This document shows, piece after piece, positions 50,561-61,725 of a DNA stretch of 64,000 nt. The stretch's first letter is position 1. Every line of letters begins with the position of its first letter. Under the pieces are notes generated by a model. That model was given only the letters and a program-made list of their open reading frames with translations. It searched no databases and was not told where the DNA came from. The stretch is from the NCBI GenBank assembly GCA_028534125.1, contig CM052817.1, positions 48,796,001 to 48,860,000 on the forward strand. Reading direction: 5' to 3'. A program made the position numbers and the translations under genes. Source of the stretch: Lama glama (lineage: Eukaryota).

Positions 50561-52569
50561 ATGATGATATTAGGTTAGGGATTATATTATAATAGATCAA
50601 GGAATATTTTAAAGGATCCAACCAGAGTATTAAAAATTAGGTGATGTACACAGTGACACAGTCCTAGGCATAAAAAACAAAATATCTTCAGACTGGATAG
50701 TAATTGCAGTATTGTTCACCCCTTCCTTGCCAGTTGCTGATTTACCCCCAAAATGTAAAATATGACTTAGTGTTTCTAGACAGTGTTTTTCCCGGTCTCC
50801 TTCCTCCTCATCACAATTCTCATTTTCTCTTTGTTCATTGGAAACAGTCTCCCTCAATGCAGGTAAATAACTAAATGCCTCAAAGTTATTCTTTGACAAA
50901 TCTTATAACAATTTTTAGAACTGTATGTTTATTCTGGCTTTGGTGTTTGGTTATATGAATTTATTGGTGCTGAATTTTCTTTTTTTAAAATATAACTCCA
51001 GTATATTTTTTCATTTGGGAAGTGTGATTTCTATTGTGCTCACCAGCTTCACAACATGGTTTCAGAGAACACCGGGGCTGGTAGTTGAAAATAATTGATG
51101 GTTCTACATGGTTTAAGTGGCTTCCTTAGTTTACCAATTTTTTGTAATATAATTTCTCACTTATTTGAATAAGACCTCCAAGAAGTTCCTAGTTAAAATA
51201 TTTACTGTTGTAATGAGTAGAATATATTTTAAAAATATATTAGCACTATAAGTCTGATTTTTTTACTTATTTTTGTCTATTTTCAGTTATTTTTAATGCA
51301 TAAGCTTTACTAAATTTTACATGTTTCAAAGGTTGCTTCTTTCAATTCCCAAAGTAATTCATTCTCATGATAGAAAATTAGAAAATAAAAATTTGAAAGA
51401 AAAAAATTGAAAATAAGTTTTAATCACATAACCTTGATAATTTTCTTAAAAAATTAAAAACAAATTAGTAGGTTAACTATATTAAATTTTTAATAGTGAT
51501 TATGTAAAAAATTCTGTGTTATATTTTTCACACTCAAAATATTATATAGACATTAAATTCTATTAAAAATCTTTTATAAACATAATTTTAATGACACGAT
51601 TGTACCATATAGATATTCCACAGGTACTTTTCCATTAGTTAATTGATAAATTGCTTTCCATTTATTATTATAAATATTTTGAGGTGACTATATTATTAAT
51701 GAAGTTTTTTCTTATTTTCCTTACTTCCTTTACTTTTCTTTCATATTAAATAATTATATTTTCTATTTAGTTATATTCCATTTATTTCATTCTCTTTAGT
51801 CTCATTATTATTGACTAGCTTATCATTTTATTATATCATATTTCTTTTGCTTTGCTGAGTAATTTGTGTTGAAGTAACTATGTATAAGCATAAATAAAGT
51901 GAATTGAATTATCACCATTCAAAAATCTGAAACCTTTGAGGTAATCAGTGAGTTTCATAATCAAACAGGCATCCATCTTGTTTATTTTGTTTAAAATCAC
52001 CTAAAGAAGTAGCTCTGAGTCTAGCAATTTCCTCATGACTTCAGAGAAAACATATTTAATATTTCAACATGAGGATTTGACTTCTAGCATTGAGGATACA
52101 AAATTTCTGAGAGGACAGAAAAGAGCAAATGAGACTACCTGCCTGAATTCTAAGCTAAAGATGAATAAGTTGGATAAAATTGTGCTCCAGACATTTCAGC
52201 TGTTCATCTTTGCTAGTTAAAAAATACACTCTATTTATTGATAAACTACACACAGATACTTCAAACATGTTATGTATACTCAAATAAAGCAAAATGGAGA
52301 AATTTAAAGGGTAGTATAAAAAGAGATTATAGATTTGTTAATATATGCCTAGAATCTATTAAAAGGGACCATTTCTGAAGACTCTGGTGTTTCCTGCACA
52401 GCAAATGTGTTGCGGATCTTCAGAGTCCTAGGAATGAATCACTGACACTTGGTTTTATTGAGAAGTTAGCATAATCTTAATTGAATGAGAATATCAAGAA
52501 TATGTTTTCTTCTTTCTACTTTTATTCTACCAGGAGAGAGGAAAATAATGAACAATTATGTGATTACTT

Positions 52570-52743
52570 GGGTATTAGTTCTACTTCCCTTGGTCTATGT
52601 GTCTGTTTTTATGCCAGCACCAAACTATTTTGATTACTAAAGCCTTGCAATATAGTTTGAAAGCAGGAAATGTAATTGCTTTAGCTTTGTTTTCTTCTTC
52701 GAGATTTAGTATTCATGGTCCCATATGAATTTTAGGATTTTAA
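52570..52743 (-). mobile_element. Inverted 5' segment of the adjacent L1
   Basis: ttggtctatgtgtctgtttttatgccagcaccaaactattttgattac...tatagtttgaaagcagg...ccatatgaattttaggattt is antisense L1 ORF2. Confidence 0.8.
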
Positions 52744-53512
52744 GACCTGAAACCTGGTAAAACGTCTAGTAAAACCCCTAAAAGAAAACATAGGGAAAAG
52801 CTTCTTGATAATGGTCTTGGCAATGATTTTTTGAATATGACATCAAAAGCCCATGCAACAAAACAAAAATAAACAAGTGGGACAACATCAAACTAAAAAG
52901 CTTCTTCAGACCAAAAAAATACCAATCAACAAAATGAAAAGGCAACTCATGGAAAATGAGGAAATACTTTCAACTCACACACCTGGTAGGGGCTAATATC
53001 CAAAAGGATATTCACATGACTCAATAGCAAAAAAACCAAATAATCCAGTTAAAAAATGGGCAGAAGACCTGAGCAGACATTTTTCCAAAGAAGATATACA
53101 GATGGCCAACAGGTACATGAGAAGGTGTTCAAAGTCATGAATCATTGAGGGAATCCAAATGAAAACCACAATGAGATATCACCTGTCACCTGTTAGGATG
53201 ACTATTATCAAAAAGACAAGAGACAATAATGTTGGCTAGAATGTAGAGAAAAGTGAATCCATGTGCACTCTTGGTGGGAATGTAAATTTGTACAGCCATT
53301 ATGGAAAAGAGTATGGAGGTTCTTCAAAAAGTAAAAATAGAACTACCATATGATCCAGCAATCCTACTGTGAGGTATATATATATGAAGGGAAAAATAAT
53401 CATTATCTTGAAGACACTTCTGTACTAATATGTTCATTGCACCATATTCACAATAGCTAAAATATGGAAACAACCTAAGTGTCTGTCGACAAATGAGTAG
53501 GTAAAGAAAACA

Positions 53513-53556
<44 letters not shown>

Positions 53557-54010
53557 GAATATTAGCCATAAAAAGAAAGAAATCCTGGCATTTGTGACAG
53601 CGTGGATGAATCTGGAAGGATTTTTGCTAAGTGAAATAAGCCAGACAGAGAAAGACAAATGCTATCTGATATCATTTATACATGAAATTAAAAAAAGAAT
53701 AAACCAAACTCAGAAACAGAATTGAATGGTGATTGGCAAGGGTTGGGGTTGGGGAAATGGGGAGATGTTGGTCAAAGGGTATGAACTTTAAGTTATAGAA
53801 TGAATAAGTTCTGAGGATCTAAAGTACAGCGTCGTACTATGGCTAATAACACTGTTTTGCATACTTGCAATAAAAAAAGAGTAACCATTTGAGGTGATGG
53901 ATGTATGAATTAGCTTGATGCAATCATGTCACCAATGTATATCAAATGTATATCATCACTTTGTACACTTTAAATATATACAGTTTTCTCAATTATACTT
54001 CAATAAAACT
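52744..54010 (+). mobile_element. L1 (L1MA/L1MB-like) ORF2 3' end and 3'UTR
   Basis: aaaagaaaacatagggaaaagcttcttga...aacaagtgggacaacatcaaactaaaaagcttc...aaaatagaactaccatatgatccagcaatc...caattatacttcaataaaa. Confidence 0.92.
53514..53553. repeat. (CA)20 microsatellite inside the L1
   Basis: Perfect CA run. Confidence 0.95.
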
Positions 54011-54899
54011 GGATTTAAAAGATCTTAGTCTTTTTAGAGTCCCTCTACGCTATTTGGAATTCTTTTGTTAAATTTCTGGGACATAACTAGGAGCATAACT
54101 TTTTGATAAATCTACTCTAATCTTAAAATGATACTAATATAGTGTTTTACCTCTTCACCTAGCTTTGATTATATCCTATTAGCCTGAATAGATAGTCTTA
54201 TTTTTATTTTAAACTTTTTATTGCTACTGTCTAGTTACAGTTCTTTTCCTTTGGAAGAGTAATTGGACATTTTTTGTTAGATTTTATAATTAAGTTTTAG
54301 TTTTGTTGCAGTCTAGCAAGAGAAGTTCCCTATTATAGAACTTCTTTGTTTTTAACATTTGGGGAGATTATATTTGTGGCCTAATCTATGATTTATTTTT
54401 GTAAACATAACATGGGGACTTGGTGCCATGAATAATATCTCTGCTTTTACACCATCCCAAAATCTCATATCCCGTATAAGATATTTGTATTTTCTATAGG
54501 TAAGCACCTTTAAGAGTTTATTTCCTTTCATAAGAATTAAATTTGCCAAGTTAATAAATTATCCTTTTCATTATCCTTCAGCACTTATTAAGAGGATTTA
54601 GGGATACTTGCTCTTAGGACATCAAGGAGTTTTGAGAGTAGAGTGAGAATAAGAGATAAATACCTTTTCCATGTCAAGTACTGAGGCCTGTAAAGTGAAT
54701 TTAGTCATCACAGTAAAATGCAATGACAAGTCTTCTTGTGGTACTTCAAATATGTGACATGATATGTTGGTGACAGATAAAGAAGAAAGACTAAAAACTA
54801 CAATACAATAAAGTGTACTTAAAGAATTGCGATATTTTCACTGCTAAAATCTCATTTTTTAAAATTATTTTGGGGGGTATTCAATCAGTATTCAAGGGC

Positions 54900-56717
54900 T
54901 CTGTGTGGTAGTTATCACCCATAGGTACTGGGTAATGTCAGTTGTGGGTCCTGAGACATCTTATATAGGAGGAGTGGCACCTGGAGTTGAAGGAGTAACA
55001 AGGTCTGTGGCATTAGATTCTGGACTTTTCAGGAAGTGCTGGGTCATATTCATATTTTGAGACTAAATCAGAATCTTCAGTCATAAGAATACTCTTCAGA
55101 GTTGGTGACATCTTCAGGCACAGTGCCAACAGTTGTAGTGGTGGTAGTGCTGGCATAGCCTGGAGCAGCGGTGACACTAGGGAGAGCAGAAGTGACAGCG
55201 ATCACAGGCAGAGTAGTGCCAAGGGTAGAAGTGTCCACTCCTGGAGTAGCTGTTGTGCTTTTAAGGACCTCTGTAGTGGGTGCAGTGTCAGTTGCACAAT
55301 TAGTGTTCACTGCAGTGGCTGCAGGGCTAGTCACAGTTACAGCCGTCTCTCCAATAGTTGTGCCAGCTTTCACATAGCAGTTTCAGTTACAGAAGTGGTT
55401 TCATCAGCTGGAGCAGCAGTAGTGTCACTTAGAGTAATAGTTGTGTCGCCTTCAAGGGTTGTGATCTCTTGTCTGGTGGTGGAGGTATCAGCAGACAGGG
55501 TGGTGACTTGAGATGCAGAGGCAGTGACAGTAGGTGAGAGGGTAGCAGTAAGGGCTTTGTGATAGGTACAGTTTGAGCTATGCTGGTAGTAGTATCATTA
55601 ACTTCTCCAGTGGCTGTCATGGTGGCATCTGCAAAGGCAGGAGTTGGTACTGTGTATGATGCAATAGTTACTTCTCCAGGATTCTCAGATGGCTGCTTTT
55701 TGGGTTGATGTGGACAAGGTATAGACTTATGAGGTTTAGATGTCTGAGTTTGAAGCTGAGACGAATGAGATTTTATCAGACAGGATGGTGGTGGATGATG
55801 TTTGTGTCCATGGTGCTTGCGTGATGTTGGAAAATTTGAAAACTGGTGAACAGAATGCAAAGATTTCATCTTCCTTTGTTTGTTTTGGGAAGCTAGATGC
55901 TGGCTTTTGGCAGAATTGCATCCTTGATACTTAGCAGTTCTTCCTGAAGTAGGTTTGGAGCCTGTTAAATTGTTTGGTGGAGACCACTTAGAAATAACTC
56001 TCCTTGTTTTAGTCCCGGAAACTTTAGACTCTGGCCTTTTAGACTTAGGAACCAGATGTCTCCTCACTGTACCTAGGGAAGATGATGTCTGTCTAAGAAC
56101 AGGTTTGGCAGCTGGACTCTTTGGTTTTGTTGTCTTTACAGTTGATTTCTGTGTAGCATTGGCAACTGAAGAACTTTTTCCTGTATTGTGTGAAGATGAT
56201 GTCTTCTTGGGTGCAGACTTGGTAACTTTTGACTGTTTCCGTTTAGGCTTAGTAATTTTCTTTCTTTTTATACCAGTCTTGGAGGGAGATAACTGGACTT
56301 AGACTTGTCATCTAAGGTCAGTTTGCATGCAGATTTGTGGATTAAGTTCTGTTTTTCTGAGGTTGATTTTGACTGAGGCTGTTTTTGTGCAATGTTGTTA
56401 GCTAAACATTGCTTTTTGGTAGAGGCAGACCTCTTTGCTGCATCTTGGGAAGGTAATGAGAGCTTGGATGTAGACTTGGAAGTTGAAGATTTTTTAAATT
56501 CAGATGCCACAGATGGATTTGGTAAAACAGATAGAGACAATTTCCTGGGTTGAGTCCCAGGAAGTGAAAACTGGTTTGATGACTTGATAGTCTGGGTCTG
56601 GGCTTGTCTTAGTGTAGCTTGTGCATAAGATGACTTTGTTTCTCTAGTTTTAGAAGGTGAATTCAACCTCGATAGCATTTGTCTTGACTGGTCATAAGTT
56701 TTAAGACTCTCATCTGA
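54900..56717 (-). pseudogene. Pseudogene C large exon: MUC7-like paralogue of B with a Ser/Lys-rich basic domain, a His/Pro/Cys segment, a Thr-rich domain and an acidic Tyr-containing tail (3' end approximate)
   Basis: Acceptor ttttttcacttgcag|TCA GAT GAG AGT (SDES..., phase 0). The first frame stops at 56268-56270. A frameshift at ~56300 leads into the frame of ORF 55429-56067; further frameshifts lie at ~55550 and ~55375, then ORF 55077-55373. Confidence 0.85.
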
Positions 56718-56844
56718 CTGCAAGTGAAAAAAAAAAACAAGTAAAGAATTAAATATGTGTGGCATCAAGTCACATTGAGTGTACTTAAAAATATTAGTAA
56801 ACATCTAAAAATAGCCATTTAAATTTTTTTTCAGATTTGATTTA

Positions 56845-57495
56845 TATTTTTTTAAAACATTACTTTTGGGAGTAATTTTAGGTTCTCAGCAAAATTGAAT
56901 GGAAGCTACAGAGAGCTCCCATATACTCCCTGCCACCGCATATGCACAGTCTCCCCCACTGTCAACACCCCACGGGAGAGTGGTAATTTGTTGCAATCAA
57001 TGAAGCTACATTGGCATGATATTACCCAAGTCCATAGTTTACATTAGAGTTCACTATTGGTATTGTACATTCTGTGGGTTTTGACAAATATACAATGACA
57101 AGTGTCCACCACTATAGTATCTTATAGAATGTTTCACTACCTAAAATCCACTGTGCTTTCCCTGTTCATCCTTCCTAACTCCTGGCAAGCACTGATATTT
57201 TTACTGTCTTTATAGTTGTACTTTTTTGAGAATGTGATATAATTAGAATCATACAATATATAGCCTTTTCAGACTGGCTCCTTTCAGTTTGTAATATATA
57301 TTTAAGTTTCCTCCATATCTTTTCATGGTTTGATAGCTCTTTTTTTAATGCTGAAAAATATTCTATTATATGTATACACCACAGTTTATTTATTCACTCA
57401 TCACTGAAGGACATCTTGGTTGCTTGCAAATTTTGGCCCTTAGAAATAGAACTTCTATAAACATCCGTGTGCATGTTTTTGTGTGGATGTAAGTT
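56845..57495 (-). mobile_element. L1 (L1MA/L1MB-like) 3' end in intron 2 of pseudogene C
   Basis: aattttaggttctcagcaaaattgaatggaagctacagagagctcccatatactccc...ggacatcttggttgcttgcaaattttgg...ctataaacatccgtgtgc. Confidence 0.9.
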
Positions 57496-57728
57496 TCTGG
57501 TTTATATTTATATTACATGTATAGATATGCCCATGTATGAATATACAGAAATTAAGATAGTAAAGTTCATGGTACTTTTTTTTAAAGCAACATAGAATGA
57601 ATTATCCTGGTTCCAAACACAATGATGTTTCAGTCTGAGATGTTTTTGTGGCATATGATTGATCTGAACATCTTTATCTTTTTCTAAATGAGAAGAAAAT
57701 TACCTGTTGAAAAGCACTGAAAACTTAC

Positions 57729-57798
57729 CAAGAAGAATGTAGTAAGGTTCCAGATGATCATAGATAAGATGAGGGCTTTCATATTTTCTTCATGGACA
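57729..57798 (-). pseudogene. Pseudogene C exon 2: intact 70-nt signal-peptide exon
   Basis: tttttcttgctag| then 16 nt UTR, then ATG (57782) AAA GCC CTC ATC TTA TCT ATG ATC ATC TGG AAC CTT ACT ACA TTC TTC TTG|gtaagt. Reads MKALILSMIIWNLTTFFL, 18 codons, phase 0, the same geometry as 31894-31963. Confidence 0.88.
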
Positions 57799-58549
57799 CT
57801 AGCAAGAAAAACTAATAAAGATAGTTCATATTTAATTGTGTAGTGACAAATAGATTTTCAAATTTATATTTATTTTGGAAAATGATGACATTAAGACTTC
57901 TCAGAAAGCAATACTGACAGCAAGTAATTTGCTGGTTATTCAAGAGCTTTTTGCACCATTTATAAAATTTTAAGGATATGAGCATCATTTAGTCATTGGG
58001 GTTAACAACTTAATGCTTCTCTAAATATAAGAATAAATTAATTATTTAAGTTAACATTATTTTTAAAAAGCTTTTAGCTTAAAAAAATTGTATTTCGCAC
58101 TTTTAAGATGTCAAAGCCAGTGCTTCCATAGAGACCTGGAAGGGTTAAGGCAAGTGCTGGTCTGCACTTAATTTATCAACAAGAAATGCCTTAGGCAGAA
58201 TGAGGCATTCTTGTTATAACTATTTTTACTCAACAAAAAAAAGTTTACCTTGTGATTTTTCACTTAAATTACATTTTATCAAAAGCTGCTATCAAGCCAT
58301 AGAACTTGAGTAATTCATAGGAATAAGCACTGATTAAATTGTAGATAGTGTAAGTGGGTGGGAATCTAGCCTTTGAGTGGGTATGATCGGTTTCCATTAG
58401 CAGTTTAATAGTGTTAGAAACAAGTTTAATTTGTCTAATGGTCAGCAGATAATCTCAGTTATCAAATTTACTTTTCCATAGTCCAAACTGTGGCAAGCTT
58501 GGGGCCTGAAAGAAAAATCCATGTCCCAATATCTTATCTGCATAGATAC

Positions 58550-58635
58550 CTTAGAAGGGGTTTCTCCTTTGTGTTCCGGTAGGATTTATCTTCTCTTAAT
58601 CGCTCTGACTTCTCTGGTGGTTGTTGTCTCCAAAT
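58550..58635 (-). other. Pseudogene C candidate non-coding exon 1 (5' end approximate)
   Basis: Ends ...gattaagagaagataaatcctaccggaacacaaaggagaaaccccttctaag|gtatct, similar to the B exon-1 3' end. An AT-rich TATA-like TTTATTTATT lies at 58658-58667. Confidence 0.55.
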
Positions 58636-59164
58636 GAAAACTAGCGAGCCCCTTTTGAATAAATAAAGCTTTCATCCCTGAATGTCCCTCCTACTTATTT
58701 CCTTTTGGGGATAGACAGAAGACTTTAATATGATTGCTGTTGGCAAGGGTTAATACTGATTAAAAGAAAGTCAAGTCAAGTTGACAAAATCAGTTTCTTG
58801 TGTAGATTCTTCTTGTGGAAATATTATGTTTCACTGTTACACCTTTACTTAGGAAAAATAAAGAATAATTTTATTCCTTATAAAATTTTTGTCATTTGTA
58901 CTATTACTTGAAATCATCAGTTTAAAATTTATTATTTCTGTGTCATGAGGTATGTCAAAGTTTTACTCTTTAAGGTTCTTGTCTTGACCATCCCAACAAT
59001 GATTATAGGTATTTTATGATGACTAATTCAAAAGAATGATTTTTAAATGTGGAAAGCAACTATATTAATGCCAAATGTTAATTTTATAGGGATATTTAGG
59101 ACTTTAATCTTGCCTTCAAGAGTTTCTGGATTTATTCGTATATTCTAATAAAATATACACATAA

Positions 59165-59580
59165 AAAGAAGAAAATTGATCTTTCAAGCACATCTTTGTT
59201 CTTTAGTCTTGACTGTTAGGTTTATAGCCTTCATTCCAATAATCTAGGCATTCAGCCACTACTACAGTTTATCACATTAGGAAGATTAGGAAGAGGATAC
59301 GCCATCATCTCCTTCTAAATAGTATGCTAGAGTTACGATAATACATAATATTGATATAGCAATTTGGTTATCAAAGAAGAAAATTGATCTTTCAAGCCCA
59401 TCTTTGTTCTTTAGTCTTGACTGTTAGGTTTATAGCCTTCATTCCAATAATCTAGGCATTCAGCCACTACTACAGTTTGTCACATTAGGAAGATTAGGAA
59501 GAGGATACGCCATCATCTCCTTCTAAACAGTATGCTAGAGTTACGATAATACATAATATTGATATAGCAATTTGGTTATC
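59165..59580. repeat. 208-bp direct tandem duplication (2 copies, 3 mismatches seen)
   Basis: 59165-59372 and 59373-59580 both run aaagaagaaaattgatctttcaagc...gatatagcaatttggttatc. Confidence 0.95.
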
Positions 59581-59737
59581 ATTCTGTTGACATTCAACTT
59601 TCTTTCCTTGAAAACAGATTAAATTGTAAAAACATTTTCTCTTTACACTTTTATATTGCTGTGATTAGTATTATGATTTGCAGCAATTTTCTTTTGAGTT
59701 TAAAATTAACCTAATAATTTATCACTGCCTTTGGTAG

Positions 59738-59777
59738 TTTATGATCAGTAATAAACTTTTATGATCAGTAATAAACT
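59738..59777. repeat. 20-bp tandem duplication
   Basis: tttatgatcagtaataaact twice. Confidence 0.9.
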
Positions 59778-59889
59778 GCTAAGATCAACATTTTTCTTTT
59801 CTGGACTTTGATAAAAAAAGCCTAGATTATTTAATCCTATTAAATGGATATTTCAGTTTCAGCCATTAGCAATCTGTTTATCCCTTTAC

Positions 59890-60360
59890 TTACTCATTTG
59901 TTTAGCAAACATTTATTTAGTTCCTGCACTGTATTGGGCCTTACCTTGGAGGGACAGTAGTGAGAGAACATAGTTCCTATGTTCACAGGGCTAATATCCC
60001 AGCAGGAGAGGTGGACAGGCAGGTGTAACAGAGGTTTATGAGTACTAAGGAGAAAGCGACTGGTAGGGGCAGGATGCTGTGGTAGCACATTAGTGGAGCA
60101 CTTGATCTTGAAAGTTTAGGAAAGTTTTTCTTAAGGATTTGGTATCTAAGACAAGGAGTCAGATTTTGATTATGTGATATAAATTATCAAAAGGATTTTA
60201 GTAGCTTCAAAAAAGTGCTCATTGTGATGGTAGCACAGCCAAAGCTGTCATGAGAGTTTTTGAGTCACTGGGGTGAATGGCATGAGGATGTAATGGGGAG
60301 AGATGAGGTAGGAAGGTAGTAACAGCAAGATCATGAAAGTTGACTTTATCTTGTGGATGG
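59890..60360 (-). mobile_element. L2 3' end
   Basis: ttactcatttgtttagcaaacatttatttagttcctgcactgtattgggccttaccttggagggacagtagtgag...ttcctatgttcacagggctaat. Confidence 0.75.
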
Positions 60361-61552
60361 TAAATGTCCTTGACGGATGAAAAAATAAACATTCATTGAA
60401 GCCTACTTGGGGAAAATTACTTCATTTCTCTTTTGCAGTAATAATGATAACAACTACAATAATATGTAGTCCATGAGTACATATTAAATAATTAAATACA
60501 TGTGAACAAAGACCTTTGGTCTGTAATATATAACTGTTGATTGCTTATTATTATTTAATACTATTATTGTCTTATATTCCACAAGAATTCTTATAGTACT
60601 TTGTGATAAATTTTTTAAATTAATGAAATAAATTCTATTTCTTCCGCAATTTTACTTTGTTTTACTTGAAATTAGTAATATTATTAATGGTCATTATAAA
60701 TGAAGCCCAACCATGCCATGTTTCTGACCAGGCCTCACTTCCAGACCCTAGCATTTGAGAGAGAGAAGGTAAAGTCTTGTACAATACTCCTAACAATAGA
60801 ACATCTATTGAGGGTTTCAGCAAGAGACTAGATGGGTGACAGTAAGCTTTTTGTAAATGTTGAGTGATTTGTATTTTTCCTGGCTCAGTGTGCTAAATAT
60901 GGGGAAAGCACATTTTCCTTGCACTGTTTCCTCAAAGGAAAAACTGGTATATTTTTGAATTTTGAGTTTTCACTAAATTTTGTAGACTAGAAGACCTCAG
61001 TTCTAGAAGCTTCCTGGTGTGTGCCTGCTGTGTGTGTGTGTGTGTATGTGTGTTTCTGTGTACAGGTGTGAGTCTGTAGCTTCAAGTCTGGAGGAGACTG
61101 AACATGCAGGTCAAGAGTCTCCATCAACTCCCATTAATTTTGCCATATGTCTGTGTTTGTAGTTGTAGTTATCAGTAGCCTGTCTGTGTTCAGAAATTGC
61201 TCTCGGGAATGATCTCGACTAAAATTAGCATTACATTTGGATACTTTGATGCTAACTCTAGAGTTCTCATGGCTCCCAAGAGTCACTGTGTGGTCCTCTG
61301 GATTCTAACACTATGGCTTAGTTCTTCTCGGGTCCCAATGACTTAGCCATGAATTTAGATATTCCAGTGTCATACTGCAGAAGGTACTCTTAACCAGTGT
61401 TAAACAATGGACCCACTTTGAGAATCAGATGAAATTATGAACTTTGCCTCCAGTTAAATGTATATACTCAAACTCACACTAAATTTATCTTGGAATTTCA
61501 AAGTTTCAAAGATCCCTAAGGTGTATTCACAGACTGTTTTCAAGAGATCCAG

Positions 61553-61725
61553 TTGCATTCAATTAGCTTTATTATGCAAGATCAAAAAATTAAATGTGGC
61601 ATGAATGTAAAATGTAAGGGGAGAAGAGAAAGGAGCTGAATCTGTGAAAATCATATTCTCTCTTGACTGAAGGCAGACAGCTGGCCAAAGAAGAGTTTGA
61701 ACTGGTCGTTTGGTTTCAGCAAGAC
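61553..61725 (-). other. CSN3: CSN3 last exon (exon 5, 3'UTR) with polyadenylation signal
   Basis: Acceptor tgtcattttttatag|GTCTTGCTGAAACCAAACG...TTTGGCCAGCTGTCTGCCTTCAG...GAATATGATTTTCACAGATT matches the kappa-casein 3'UTR as I recall it. AATAAA at 61568-61573. Confidence 0.88.

Noticed and set aside
51044..51103. 60-nt AG/GT-bounded segment as a leader exon for remnant D
   Set aside because: No ATG, no hydrophobic core, weak polypyrimidine tract and an in-frame TGA.
21623..53658. Short ORFs inside repeats (21623-21916, 34500-34814, 41306-41548, 44894-45115, 46864-47088, 53434-53658)
   Set aside because: They fall within MLT2, L1, MLT1, L2 and MER elements or microsatellites; chance ORFs.
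59165..59580. CRISPR-like or other prokaryotic repeat array
   Set aside because: Mammalian DNA; this is a simple two-copy duplication with no spacers. No rRNA or tRNA genes were recognised anywhere in the window.
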